Positions 50,728 to 61,229 are shown, numbered from the stretch's first letter. The stretch: 64,000 nt of DNA from Vicinamibacteria bacterium (GCA_963668695.2 CAXXLQ010000004.1:3040001-3104000), one strand, 5' to 3'. Notes: generated by a model from the sequence alone, not told the origin. Numbers and translations: made by a program.

Positions 50728-51687
50728 GTGCCGGATCCATCCCGGAGTCCGTCGGCTTCGCATTCACCGGCGGCAACCTTCCGATCAAGTCGGAGCGAGG
50801 ATGCGTTTCGGCGCAATCTGATGTGGTCGGCGACGGCGCATCTCGTCTTGCTGGGGGGCGCGGCCTTCGGGCTGGAACTGGATCAGGGTGCTGATCTCGC
50901 TCCCCCCTCGGCGGCCTTCATCGAACTCGGGATGTCCGGTCCGAACCCGACCCCCAATCTGGGCAGCGCCGCAGCACCGAGTCCGACGCCGCCCCCGGAA
51001 CCCGAGCCCGAACCGGAACCGCCCGCTCCCGAGCCTCCGGAGCCTGAGGCCCCAGAGCCTGAACCCCCTACCCCCGAAGCTCCGGAGTCCCGTCCGGACG
51101 TAGTTCGGCCGACAGTGGAAAACCGCGACCGGATGCCGGTTCCCGACGCCCGGGAACGCCGGCGGGCCGCCCGGCCCCAGCGTCCGGAGTCGGGTCTCAG
51201 AGGCCGCGATGCGGCCTGGGCTGACTCCGCGCGACTCGAAACCCGCCGCCCTGTCGATACGAAAGCACGCCCCAGCAGAAGCGCGGCGGCCGACGCGTCC
51301 CACGGGGCTGCCGGCAACACCGCGATCGGCCTCGGAGGAAGACCGGGGGGCACCCGCTTCGATCAGGATTTCGAGTACGCCTTCTATCAGCGCCAGATGA
51401 TCTCCCGGATCCAGGCAAACTGGCAACAGATCCCCGTTCGCGGGCGGGCCACCGTGGTGGTCCGGTTTACCATTTCCCGCGACGGCGCCGTCAGCGGCGC
51501 CGAGGTGGAGACTTCAAGCGGGCAGTCGCTCCTTGATCGTGCGGCGCTCCGGGCCGTCGTTCTGGCGGAGCCCCTGCCGCGACTTCCAGACAGCTATCCG
51601 AGAGACCGGGTCGGGGTACACCTTCTTTTCACGTATTCGCAGGACGCGGGTGGCAACCCGGAAGGACCTCCAACCGAAGCTCCATGA
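50728..51687 (+). CDS. tolA: TolA/TonB-like energy transducer
   Basis: TM with S-x3-H, PE-rich linker, TonB_C (SSGQSLLDRAAL); operon context. Confidence 0.8.
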   Translation: MPDPSRSPSASHSPAATFRSSRSEDAFRRNLMWSATAHLVLLGGAAFGLELDQGADLAPPSAAFIELGMSGPNPTPNLGSAAAPSPTPPPEPEPEPEPPAPEPPEPEAPEPEPPTPEAPESRPDVVRPTVENRDRMPVPDARERRRAARPQRPESGLRGRDAAWADSARLETRRPVDTKARPSRSAAADASHGAAGNTAIGLGGRPGGTRFDQDFEYAFYQRQMISRIQANWQQIPVRGRATVVVRFTISRDGAVSGAEVETSSGQSLLDRAALRAVVLAEPLPRLPDSYPRDRVGVHLLFTYSQDAGGNPEGPPTEAP

Positions 51688-53222
51688 AACATCTTCCCCT
51701 GCCCCGCTTCGGCCTGCCCCGCTTCGGGCTTGCCCTCCTCGGCGCCGTGCTGGCCACCGGAGCCGCGGCGGGTTTCGTCCCCATTTCCGGCGTTTTCCGC
51801 TCGGGAGCCGCGGGACACCCGGTGTCCGTCGGAGTTGCAAGGCTTTTCCCGGAGTCTGGGGCAACGGACTCCCGCGCGGCCGGGGCGCCCACGGCACTCC
51901 CTCAAGAAGCCGGCGATTGGTACCTCGACATGACACGTCCGGGTGCTCCGGTCAGGATGGCCATTCCCGATTTCGAGGTGCTTCCGAGCGACTCGGGACC
52001 CGAGTCCGGTTCCGGGGAGTCTCCCGCCGACGACGGGGACACGCTGGGTGGAGAGGCGACGGAGGCTGCGTCCGTGACCAGTGCCGTGTTGTGGGATGAC
52101 ATCGAGTACGCCGGGATGTACCGGATGCTTCCCAAGCGTTTCTATCGGATCGCGGAAGCCGGGTCGGCCGAAGGAGTTATGGACTACTACCAGTGGGAGT
52201 CCATCGGAGCCGACATCGTGATCGATGGGAAGCTCTGGATCGAGGGGGACTTGCTCCTCGCCGAGGTGCGCATGCACGCCGTACGGGCGCAGGAAAACGT
52301 CTTCGGGCGACGGTACACGGCCGCGCGCGGGGCCGCCCGGACGCTGGCCCACCGGATCGCCGACGACATTCTGGAGCATGCCGGGAATTACCAGGGAGTC
52401 GCCCGAACTCGAATCGCTTTCTCCACCAGCCGATCGCAGCCGCGCAGCAAAGAGATCTACCTGATGGACTACGACGGACACGGGCAGCGCCCGGTGACTG
52501 CCAACGGTTCGCTGAACCTCACCCCGAGCTGGTCGCCGGATGGACGAGCGCTCAGCTATATCTCCTACCGCGAAGGCGCACCTTCCCTGTATCTCGCCTT
52601 CCTCTATCAGGGGCGCGGGGAAAAACTCGTGGGCGAGTTCCAGTCATTCACTCCCGCCTGGTCGCCGGATGGGCAATGGATCGCGTTCACTTCGAATCGT
52701 GACGGCCAGTCCGAGATCTACCTGGCAGCGGTGGACGGCAGCGAGTTGCGACGGCTCACCGACAACCGCGCCATTGACGTCGCACCCACCTGGTCCCCGA
52801 ACGGGCGCGCGATCGCCTTTACCTCCGACCGCACCGGAGCCCCGCAGATCTACACCATGGACCGGGACGGATTGAATTTGAGGCGGGTTTCCTTCGAAGG
52901 CTCGTACAACGATTCGCCGGCGTGGTCTCCCTCGCGGCAATACAGCGAGATCGCCTATGCCTCGCGGATCGAACGCCGCCCCTTCGACATCGTAGTACAC
53001 GACTTCGAGACCCGACAGACCCGGCAACTCACAACGGGGCGCGGCAGCAACGAGAGTCCCTCCTGGGCGCCGAATGGCCTGCACATTGCGTTCACATCCA
53101 ACCGGGCCGGTAACGACCAGGTGTTCACCATGCACCGGGACGGCTCCAACCTGAAGCAGCTCACCCGAGAAGGAAGCAATACCACCCCACGTTGGGGCAA
53201 TCCCCCTGGGGATCCGCAATGA
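51684..53222 (+). CDS. tolB: Tol-Pal beta-propeller protein TolB
   Basis: LAHRIAD, TRIAF, repeated P-x-WSPDG. Confidence 0.92.
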   Translation: MKHLPLPRFGLPRFGLALLGAVLATGAAAGFVPISGVFRSGAAGHPVSVGVARLFPESGATDSRAAGAPTALPQEAGDWYLDMTRPGAPVRMAIPDFEVLPSDSGPESGSGESPADDGDTLGGEATEAASVTSAVLWDDIEYAGMYRMLPKRFYRIAEAGSAEGVMDYYQWESIGADIVIDGKLWIEGDLLLAEVRMHAVRAQENVFGRRYTAARGAARTLAHRIADDILEHAGNYQGVARTRIAFSTSRSQPRSKEIYLMDYDGHGQRPVTANGSLNLTPSWSPDGRALSYISYREGAPSLYLAFLYQGRGEKLVGEFQSFTPAWSPDGQWIAFTSNRDGQSEIYLAAVDGSELRRLTDNRAIDVAPTWSPNGRAIAFTSDRTGAPQIYTMDRDGLNLRRVSFEGSYNDSPAWSPSRQYSEIAYASRIERRPFDIVVHDFETRQTRQLTTGRGSNESPSWAPNGLHIAFTSNRAGNDQVFTMHRDGSNLKQLTREGSNTTPRWGNPPGDPQ

Positions 53223-53229
53223 GGTCGCG

Positions 53230-53901
53230 TTGATGAGAGTCTTTTCGAGCCGCCAGGCTCCAGCAGCCCACCGCCTTTTCTTCATCACCCTCCCGGCCGC
53301 CCTGCTCGCGCTGTCGCTGGTGGGGACATCCTGTTCCTCCATCTCTCGCAGCCCGGCGACCGGAGGCGATCCGGTGGCTGCTCCCACGGCCAGGCCCGTC
53401 CAGCCTGCGGGTTCCGGGGCAGACCCGGAACCGGTACCCGAGCCGGAGCCCGCGAGTTCCGGGGGGTTGACCGAAGACGAGATCCTCGCGATCCCGCCGG
53501 AGGTCGGAGCAGAAACCGACCTGCTGGACATCGGATCGAAGAGCCTCGAGGACTTGAATGCCGAGGAGCACCTCAAGGACGTGCTTTTCGAGTACGACAG
53601 CGCTGAACTCAGTGCCACGATGCGGGCCGCTCTGGAGGAAAACGCCGATTGGTTGTCCCGCTATCCCTCGGTCCGAATTCTGGTCGAAGGGCACTGCGAT
53701 GAACGCGGCACCGTGGAATACAACCTGGCCCTCGGCGAAGGACGTGCCCGGGCTGTCCGCGATTACCTGCGGGACCTCGGCGTCGGGTCCGGCCGGATGC
53801 GGATCATCAGCTACGGCAAGGAATTCCCGCTCGATCCGGCTCACAATGACGCTGCCTGGCGGCGGAACCGCCGCGCCCATCTGGAGATCATCGCCAAGTG
53901 A
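53230..53901 (+). CDS. pal: Peptidoglycan-associated lipoprotein
   Basis: EGHCDERGTVEYNLALGEGRA, SYGKEFP, NRRA. Confidence 0.94.
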   Translation: MMRVFSSRQAPAAHRLFFITLPAALLALSLVGTSCSSISRSPATGGDPVAAPTARPVQPAGSGADPEPVPEPEPASSGGLTEDEILAIPPEVGAETDLLDIGSKSLEDLNAEEHLKDVLFEYDSAELSATMRAALEENADWLSRYPSVRILVEGHCDERGTVEYNLALGEGRARAVRDYLRDLGVGSGRMRIISYGKEFPLDPAHNDAAWRRNRRAHLEIIAK

Positions 53902-54791
53902 GATCTTCCCGAACCGCATTCCCGTCCGTGTCGCTTTTCGTCGGGATCCTCTTTGTTTCCCTTTCTCTGATCCCGGCCGTTCCGGAAGCACGCACTGTCA
54001 CCCAGCGGGACCAGAACCGCGTCGTGTCCGAAATTCGGCAGCTTCAGGTGCAACTGGCCACCCTTGTCGAGACGCAGACGGCTCTGTCTCAGGCAGTAGA
54101 GCGCCTTCTCGAAGATCGGGAGGAACAACTGACCGCCGATCGCCGCAGCCGTGCCGAAACTCTGAACACCCTCGACCGGATGGAGCGGAGTGTCGCCACC
54201 CTGAGCGAGGCGTTTCGGGAGGTGGGCGAGCGCCTTTCGGCTCTCATGGTGGAAGTGGAGTCGGTACGGGAGGGGCAACGCCGTGCGGCGCTTCTCGGAG
54301 CCCCCCCGGAAACGGCGGACGATACGGAACCTTCCGAGGAAGAAAATGTCGCAGCGGAGGAAGCCTCCGGGGAGGAGGACCAGGGAGCGACGGTGCTGGA
54401 CGAACCGAGCGTGTCCGAAATCTATCTGGCAGCCCAGGCCGACTACTATCAGGGGCGCTACGACCTCGCTCTGAAGGGGTTGGAGCAGGTCGCAAGCCTG
54501 GGAGGGGAACTAGCGGACAACGCCCGCTACCTCATGGGAGAATGCCTGCTGGCACAGGACCGCCTGGACCCAGCACTGGAGCAATTCGAGATTGTGATCC
54601 GGGATTCCCCGGACCGGAGAATGGAGGGTGAAGCCTGGTACAAAAAGGGTCTCATTCTCGGGCGGATGGGCCATGAGTCCGACGCACGCGAAATCTTTGA
54701 GGACATCTTGGATGTTTTTGCCGGCACCCCGGCGGCGCGTCTGGCGCAGAGAGAGCTGGACGCCATGCCCCCGAGGGATCCCGGCTGTTGA
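53898..54791 (+). CDS. cpoB: CpoB/YbgF coiled-coil plus TPR protein
   Basis: Signal peptide, coiled coil, TPR (ADNARYLMGE); position after pal. Confidence 0.82.
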   Translation: MRSSRTAFPSVSLFVGILFVSLSLIPAVPEARTVTQRDQNRVVSEIRQLQVQLATLVETQTALSQAVERLLEDREEQLTADRRSRAETLNTLDRMERSVATLSEAFREVGERLSALMVEVESVREGQRRAALLGAPPETADDTEPSEEENVAAEEASGEEDQGATVLDEPSVSEIYLAAQADYYQGRYDLALKGLEQVASLGGELADNARYLMGECLLAQDRLDPALEQFEIVIRDSPDRRMEGEAWYKKGLILGRMGHESDAREIFEDILDVFAGTPAARLAQRELDAMPPRDPGC

Positions 54792-54829
54792 GAGCCGGCC
54801 GCACCACGCGGCCGGAAGGAGTAGATGTG

Positions 54830-55633
54830 ATGCGAGATGTGAACAAGGTCGTGTTGCGCGGGGTGGTTTCCGACGCCCCACGGACAAAGGTCTTCGACGA
54901 CGGGCGAAAACTCGTCAATCTGAACGTCAAGACGGTGACGATCGAGAACGACGAGACGGGCGCGATGCGGGAACGCCCAGCCTGGCACCGGGTCGCGGTG
55001 GGCGGAGACCGCAACTCGGAGATCGCCGAAAGACTGGCTCCCGACAGCCCCGTGTATGTGGAGGGACGTCTGCGAACCCGCAAGTACCGAAATCAGGAAG
55101 GCGAGGACGTGTACTCCACGGAAATCCGGGCCGAGGTCGTACGCGAAACCGAGAGCGCCGATCCCCACGTCAACCGTTCGATCGTCCTGGGGAATCTGGG
55201 GCGGACACCGGAACTGCGAAAATTCGATTCCTTCATGGTCATGAACCTTGCGGTGGCCACGAGCGAAAGCTGGTCCCGTCGGGACGGGGAATCGCGCGAA
55301 GAGACCGAATGGCATCAGGTTGCGGTGTTCGGAGAACCTGCCCAGCGCCTGGAGGGCCAACTCGAGAAGGGACAGCGAATCCTGGTGGACGGCCTGCTCC
55401 AGACCCGCAAGTACAACGACCGCAGTGGCCGGGAGCGCCGGGTCACCGAAACCCGGGCCCACTCGGTGCTGGGAAGCGGTAGCTCCCGGCGTAGCGGATA
55501 CGAAAGTGCGAACCGGGCCCCGGCCGAAAAACCTGGGGCAGACGCCGGGTTGCGCGGCGGGCAGAAACAACAGGACGCCTGGGGATCCAGCGGAGTCGAT
55601 ACCAAGGACGACGTGGACGACATCCCGTTCTGA
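54830..55633 (+). CDS. ssb: Single-stranded DNA-binding protein with two OB folds
   Basis: VNKVVLRG...VEGRLRTRKY and VNRSIVLGNLG...VDGLLQTRKY; tail DDIPF. Confidence 0.9.
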   Translation: MRDVNKVVLRGVVSDAPRTKVFDDGRKLVNLNVKTVTIENDETGAMRERPAWHRVAVGGDRNSEIAERLAPDSPVYVEGRLRTRKYRNQEGEDVYSTEIRAEVVRETESADPHVNRSIVLGNLGRTPELRKFDSFMVMNLAVATSESWSRRDGESREETEWHQVAVFGEPAQRLEGQLEKGQRILVDGLLQTRKYNDRSGRERRVTETRAHSVLGSGSSRRSGYESANRAPAEKPGADAGLRGGQKQQDAWGSSGVDTKDDVDDIPF

Positions 55634-56330
55634 CCGTCGGGCGGCCCTGGGGCGGGGCGCCGGAAGATCGGGACAGAACAACGACCAAGGAGACGGAGTG
55701 GTGCGCCCCACCCCAGGGCCGCCCGGCGCTCCGCGCCGGGATCGCAACTCCCTTGCACGCCTTCGGCGCGCGGCGGCGAGTTTCGATTCGACGTCGTCTT
55801 TTTGTGAAAGGGGGAGGTCCCCCTTTCACACTTTCTCCCCGATCTCGCGGGCAGCGAACGGAGTTCGCTGCCGTCAGTTTTTATTGCTTGCTTGGCCGGA
55901 CACCACCTTAGGGCGGGGCGCCGGAAGATCGGGACAGAACAACGACCAAGGAGACGGAGTGGTGCGCCCCACCCCAGGGCCGCCCGGCGCTCCGCGCCGG
56001 GATCGCAACTCCCTTGCACGCCTTCGGCGCGCGGCGGCGAGTTTCGATTCGACGTCGTCTTTTTGTGAAAGGGGGAGGTCCCCCTTTCACACTTTCTCCC
56101 CGATCTCGCGGGCAGCGAACGGAGTTCGCTGCCGTCAGTTTTTATTGCTTGCTTGGCCGGACACCACCTTAGGGTGGGGCGCTGGAAGATAAGGACCGAA
56201 CAACGACCAAGGGGACGGAGCGGGGCGCCGCGCTTCTGAAGTGCGGCGAGAGCCGCACGGAGACCTCGGAGCAGAAGGGGTTGGGGTCGGGGAACCCGGC
56301 GCCCAGCCGCTCCTGGCTCGGGCTTCGAAA

Positions 56331-57359
56331 GGGGATTACATACCTGAGTGACCATTTTTGGCTCTAGGCTCGCCTAGAGTCAGGTGCATGGCACACAGCG
56401 CACCCGGGAAGCACTACCGCAAGGGTCTCACCTTGCCGCAGGTCATGCGGACGTTCCGCGATGACGCCGCCGCTGAGCGATGGTTCGCCAAGGTCCGGTG
56501 GCCCGACGGCCCCCGCTGCCCCGGCTGCGGAACCGCCGACGTCCGGGCCGGGACGGCGCACAAATCCATGCCTTACCGCTGCCGCCCCTGCCGCCGCTAC
56601 TTCTCCGTCCGCATCGGCACCGTCATGGAGGACTCGAAGCTCGGCTACCAGACCTGGGCGCTCGCCATCTACCTCCTCACCACCGGCCTCGAAGGCCAGT
56701 CCTCCATGAAGCTCCACCGCGACCTCGGGATCACGCAAAAGTCGGCCTGGCATCTGGCCCACCGGATTCGGGAGACCTGGCGCGACGCACCGGCGCCCTT
56801 CGGGGGACCCGTCGAAGTGGACGAGGCCTACATCGGAGGGAAGAGGAGGAACATGAGCCTGGCCAAGAGGAGGGAAATGGCCGGCCGCGGACCCGTCGGA
56901 AAGACGATGATCGCCGGCGCCCAGAACCGGAAGACCGGCGAGATCAACGCCGCCGTCCTTCCCGACGGGACTTGGCGCGCCCTCCGGGAGTTCGTCCGGG
57001 AAGCGGCGGTGCCGGGTGCCCAGCTCTTCACGGACGACTCGGACGCCTACTCGGCTTTGCCGGAGTTCCGGCATGAGAGCGTCCATCACACGGTCCGGGA
57101 ATACGTCCGCGGGGAGGTTCACACGAACGGCATCGAAGCCTTCCGGTCGCTGCTCAAGCGGGGCTATGTCGGCACCTATCACCGCATGAGCCCGAAGCAC
57201 CTGGGTCGCTACGTGGACGAGTTCGCCGGCCGCCACAACATCCGGAGTGCCAACACCGTGGAGCAGATGCGAACCATCTCCCGCGGGTTCCTCGGACGAA
57301 GGCTGGAATACGCCACCCTCATCGCCACCCGGTGATGGTCACTCAGGTATGTAATCCCC
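56331..57359 (+). mobile_element. IS1595 family insertion sequence
   Basis: Perfect 25 bp TIR GGGGATTACATACCTGAGTGACCAT; flanks CTTCGAAA / AATCGAAA. Confidence 0.93.
56388..57335 (+). CDS. IS1595 (ISXO2-like) transposase
   Basis: Zn ribbon CPGC..CRPC; VEVDEAY, TDD, HTNGIE, YVDEF. Confidence 0.93.
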   Translation: MAHSAPGKHYRKGLTLPQVMRTFRDDAAAERWFAKVRWPDGPRCPGCGTADVRAGTAHKSMPYRCRPCRRYFSVRIGTVMEDSKLGYQTWALAIYLLTTGLEGQSSMKLHRDLGITQKSAWHLAHRIRETWRDAPAPFGGPVEVDEAYIGGKRRNMSLAKRREMAGRGPVGKTMIAGAQNRKTGEINAAVLPDGTWRALREFVREAAVPGAQLFTDDSDAYSALPEFRHESVHHTVREYVRGEVHTNGIEAFRSLLKRGYVGTYHRMSPKHLGRYVDEFAGRHNIRSANTVEQMRTISRGFLGRRLEYATLIATR

Positions 57360-57927
57360 AATCGAAACTCCCTGGCGCGCCATCGGCGCGCTGCGGCGAG
57401 TTCCGATTCGACGTTGTCAATTTGTGAAAGGGGGAGTTCCCCCTTTCACACTTTCCCCCCAATCTCGTGGGCAGCGAACAGAGTTCGCTGCCGTCAGTTT
57501 TTGTTGCTTGCTTGGCCGGACATCACCTTAGGGTGGGGCGCTGGAAGATAAGGACGGAACAACGACCAAGGGGACGGAGCGGTACGCCCCGCCCCAGGAC
57601 CGGCCGGCGCTCCGCGCCGGGAAGGGAACGCCGGCCAGTCCTCCCGGTGGAGCCTTCAGACCGGCACCGCGGCCCGCAGGGCCGCGAAAGCCTCGCCATC
57701 CGCTGGCATGGCGGGCACAGCGTCCTCCTCCCTCATTGCGCCGTCGGCACCAGGCATCTCCAGCTTTCCGCCTCAAACCCCCACCAAACGTGGTGTACCC
57801 GCCCCGCAAAGAGATCGCCCCACGCAGCGGGGCGAACGCTCCGCCAACTTTTCCTCATTAGCCCATCGTCGCCACCTGACGGCGAGGTGCTGTGCCAACC
57901 CGGGAAAGCTCCATCCTCTTCAATCTG

Positions 57928-57954
57928 GCATAGCAGACAAATGTCTGCTATGCT
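57928..57954 (+). promoter_or_regulatory. Palindromic operator overlapping extended -10 of leaderless lexA
   Basis: GCATAGCAGACA-AA-TGTCTGCTATGC; TGcTATGCT ends 6 nt before the GTG start. Confidence 0.7.
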
Positions 57955-57960
57955 GCGTGC

Positions 57961-58605
57961 GTGCCCAAAACCCCGCCGGGACAGACCCGGAACCGGATCT
58001 TTCACTTCGTCCGCGACCGCCTGCTTCAGGGCGACTCCCCTTCCCTTCGTGAGGTACAGCGGCATTTCGGTTTTCGGGCCGTCGAGACCGTCCGGGCCCA
58101 TCTCACCGCTCTCGTGGGAGAAGGACGCCTGGTCAAGGAATCGGGTCGTTCCCGCGGCTATCGGTTGCCTTCGGCGTCAGGCCAAGCGTCGAGCCAAACG
58201 TCGAGCTGGTCTCCCAACCGCCTTCAGCCGGTCCCCCTTCTGGGCGAAGTCGCCGCCGGCGGTTTCGAAGAGGCCATCGAGAACCCGGAGGGGAATCTCC
58301 CGGTAGAGATTCCCGATTCCCGGGACCTCTCGGACTATTTCGCACTCCGGGTGCGAGGGGAAAGCATGTCCGGGGCCGGCATCCTGCCCGGCGACACCGT
58401 CATCGTCGAACGCCAAGGGGCGCCAGTTTCCGGTCAGATCGTGGTGGCGCTCCTCGAAGAGGAAGCCACGGTGAAACGGCTCTACCTGGGGCAAGACGGG
58501 ATGGAACTGCGTCCGGAGAATCCCGCCTTCAAAACGCTCCGTCCACCTCCCGGGTCCTGTCGGATTCTCGGGAGAGTCGTGGAATTGCGCCGCCAATTCC
58601 GCTGA
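57961..58605 (+). CDS. lexA: LexA repressor
   Basis: PSLREV wHTH, VAAG cleavage site, GESM (Ser), TVKR (Lys). Confidence 0.93.
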   Translation: MPKTPPGQTRNRIFHFVRDRLLQGDSPSLREVQRHFGFRAVETVRAHLTALVGEGRLVKESGRSRGYRLPSASGQASSQTSSWSPNRLQPVPLLGEVAAGGFEEAIENPEGNLPVEIPDSRDLSDYFALRVRGESMSGAGILPGDTVIVERQGAPVSGQIVVALLEEEATVKRLYLGQDGMELRPENPAFKTLRPPPGSCRILGRVVELRRQFR

Positions 58606-58635
58606 ATATCCGATGCCCTCCGAAAGAGAACCCTG

Positions 58636-59580
58636 ATGCAGCAAACCCTCGCCCCTGCCCGGTACCAACAGCAGACGTCCTCTCCCCAATTCGGCCGGTC
58701 ACCTGCCTCCCGCAAACTTCCCAGTAAACCCCCAGACCCTCGGGGCTCCCACCCTGCCCTGTCGACCCCCCTGCCGACTCCCCTGTCGACCCCTGACTCA
58801 GGACTTCTGAAATGGGGGCTTGCCCGGCTTGCCGGCAGTCTGGTGGAAATCTCTGGAACGGCTGATTCGGGAGTCTTGTCCTCAGCGCTGGCGCTTGTTG
58901 CCGAGGCCCAGCATCATCAGGCCCGACACCACAAACAGTGTCACGGCCTGCATCCCGGTTCGCATCCGGATCCTGCTGCAGGTCCTGCTCTGGTCGCCTG
59001 GGTGGCGACAACCCACAGCCTCTTCTTCCCTCCGGACGCGTTGGAGTCCGGGATCGCTCTGGAGCGATTGGTTCTTCTTCGACTGGAAACACCGGCGGCG
59101 CAGATCCGCGCCGCTACCCGAATTGTCCACTCGGGAGCTTTTGGGCTGGTGATCGTGGACCTTGCCGATTCGGTTCAGCCGGAGAGGCCGGCCCGGAAGC
59201 CGATCCCGGAATCCATCGTGACATCCCCGCGACTTCAGAGCCCAAGAACCCAAAGATTGGAAACCCGGAATCTGATGTCCCGTCCGAACACCCCCCTCGG
59301 GGTTCCTCCCCTGTCACGGCTTGCCGGACTCGCGCACAAATACCGAACCGCTGTCGTTCTGCTGACCGACAAGCCGCCGGCCGCCCCATCGATCGACCCC
59401 CGGGTGGGGAAGCGTTTCGACGCGAGCCGCAGGGGTAACGACATCGTCATCACCGTTCTCAAGGACAAGGGAAGCCGAGGTTCTTTCTCTCCGGAATTTC
59501 CGCCGCTCCGCGACAGGGATCGCCTTTTCCCCGGATTCCGTTTCGAAAGGAAATGCCGTGAGCCGGCTGGCATGTGTTGA
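58636..59580 (+). CDS. imuA: ImuA / RecA-like protein
   Basis: LVEISG, FFPPDA..GI.LERL, SGAFGLVIVD; no intact Walker A; cassette context. Confidence 0.78.
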   Translation: MQQTLAPARYQQQTSSPQFGRSPASRKLPSKPPDPRGSHPALSTPLPTPLSTPDSGLLKWGLARLAGSLVEISGTADSGVLSSALALVAEAQHHQARHHKQCHGLHPGSHPDPAAGPALVAWVATTHSLFFPPDALESGIALERLVLLRLETPAAQIRAATRIVHSGAFGLVIVDLADSVQPERPARKPIPESIVTSPRLQSPRTQRLETRNLMSRPNTPLGVPPLSRLAGLAHKYRTAVVLLTDKPPAAPSIDPRVGKRFDASRRGNDIVITVLKDKGSRGSFSPEFPPLRDRDRLFPGFRFERKCREPAGMC

Positions 59581-61195
59581 CGTTCCGGCGCTGCCGCTAC
59601 AGATCTTGCTCCGGCGTCATCCCGAATGGCGGCAGGAACCGGTGGCGGTGGTCACCGAGGACAAAACGCAGGCGCGGGTTCGCTGGGCAAACCGCCGGGC
59701 AGTCACTCTCGGGGTGCGTCCGGGCATGCGGCAAGTGGCTGCAGTCGCCTGCTGTCCCGCGCTCCGGGTCGACCATGTCCGCTCTTCGGAAGTAGAACAG
59801 GAAGTCCGCCGACTGGCAGAGCGGCTCCATCGCTGGAGCCCTCAGGTCGAATCGGCTTCATCCCTTGGTCCGCAATTTGCCGGATTCGGTGCTGCCGGAA
59901 CTTTCTGGCTTCGGGCATCCGGCCTGGCCGGATTGTTTGGTCCGCTTTCAGATTGGACCGACGCACTCCACAAGGATCTCGTGGAAGACGGTTTTCATGT
60001 CTCGATCGCAGTGGGTTTCAACCGGTTCGGAACCTTTGCGGCGGCGCGGGCCATCTTCGGGCTGCAGATCTTTGAAAGTCCCACCGAGGAGAAAACCGCC
60101 GCCCTCAGGGCGCCGCTAGTTCGCTTCGGACTGTCGGAGAAGACCCTCGCCAGTCTGGAAAAACTCGGCATCTCATCTCTTCGAGACTTGCTGCGCTTGG
60201 CCGGGAATGGACTGTCCGGGAAAGGACTGGCGAGCCGCTTTGGGAAAGAAGTTCTGGAACTCCATCGTCTTTCATCCGGGGAGAATCCCACGCCCGTTTG
60301 CGACGTCTTCCGCCCGGAAACGCCGATCGAACAACGGATTTCCTTCGAGCCGCCCGAGGTCGGCATCGAACGGCTCATCTTCCACGCGAAGCGCCTCCTT
60401 GATCAGATCCTCGCCGATCTCGGCAAACAGGGGCTCGCGCTTGTCGAGCTCGCCTACGAAATGGAATGCGAGGACGCCCCGCCAATTTCCGGATCGGTCC
60501 GCCCCGCCCTTCCCACCGAAGACAGCGTGAAGCTTCTCTCCCTGCTCCGCCTGCGGCTCAGAACCATCTCCCCGGAAAACAGGGCAATCGCCAGGGGGCA
60601 GGCAGGTGAACCCGGAAGAAGGATCCTCGCCCTCGTTCTCCGTGCTCGCGGCGGCCTTTACGTCTCCGAACAGCCCGGCTTGTACCAAAGCCCCTTGTAC
60701 CAAAGCTCCGACAAGGCTCTTTCCCGGGGTCCGAAAAAGGCGTCGGAAGCGCTGGCCCAGGTTCAGGCCGAGTTTGGCGAGGACTCCCTGGTCCGATTGG
60801 AAACCCGGGATGCACATCTTCCCCGGGGGCGCTATCGCTGCCGGCCGGTCTCCCCGGAAAAGGCCGTCTCCTGCAGTTGCTCAAGCAAAAGCTTCCCGAA
60901 GGAATTTTTCGAGACCCGAGCGCCTCGCCTGATCCGCCGCATTTACGACCAGCCGCTCATCCTTCCCCATCGGGGTTCGGAGGAACCGGACGGCTGGCTG
61001 CTTCGGGGAATCGAACACGGTCCCGTTCAGAGTTACACCGGGCCCTATCGCATCTCCGGAGGCTGGTGGCGCCTCCTTTCGGGACGGCCGATCTCTCGCG
61101 ACTACTTTTTTGTCCGCCTGAAGCGCGGCGATGTCTGCTGGGTTTTCTTCGACCGGGAGCGACGCTCATGGTTCCTCGAAGGCCGCGTCGAATGA
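59558..61195 (+). CDS. imuB: ImuB (Y-family polymerase-like)
   Basis: [27 protein letters not shown]. Confidence 0.87.
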   Translation: MSRLACVDVPALPLQILLRRHPEWRQEPVAVVTEDKTQARVRWANRRAVTLGVRPGMRQVAAVACCPALRVDHVRSSEVEQEVRRLAERLHRWSPQVESASSLGPQFAGFGAAGTFWLRASGLAGLFGPLSDWTDALHKDLVEDGFHVSIAVGFNRFGTFAAARAIFGLQIFESPTEEKTAALRAPLVRFGLSEKTLASLEKLGISSLRDLLRLAGNGLSGKGLASRFGKEVLELHRLSSGENPTPVCDVFRPETPIEQRISFEPPEVGIERLIFHAKRLLDQILADLGKQGLALVELAYEMECEDAPPISGSVRPALPTEDSVKLLSLLRLRLRTISPENRAIARGQAGEPGRRILALVLRARGGLYVSEQPGLYQSPLYQSSDKALSRGPKKASEALAQVQAEFGEDSLVRLETRDAHLPRGRYRCRPVSPEKAVSCSCSSKSFPKEFFETRAPRLIRRIYDQPLILPHRGSEEPDGWLLRGIEHGPVQSYTGPYRISGGWWRLLSGRPISRDYFFVRLKRGDVCWVFFDRERRSWFLEGRVE

Positions 61196-61229
61196 CACGT
61201 GGAAAGACAACGGATGGATAGCCCGGGCT

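Larger units (their letters stand above)
55651..57620. repeat. ~261 bp tandem repeat array with hairpins, interrupted by an IS
   Basis: Units start near 55651, 55912, 56173 and 57532; hairpins TGTGAAAGGGGGA-GG-TCCCCCTTTCACA and GGCAGCGAAC-GGA-GTTCGCTGCC. Confidence 0.88.

Noticed and set aside
55315-56355. ORFs over the 261 bp array; CRISPR
   Set aside because: Repeat translations on both strands with no protein motifs; unit too long and no spacers.
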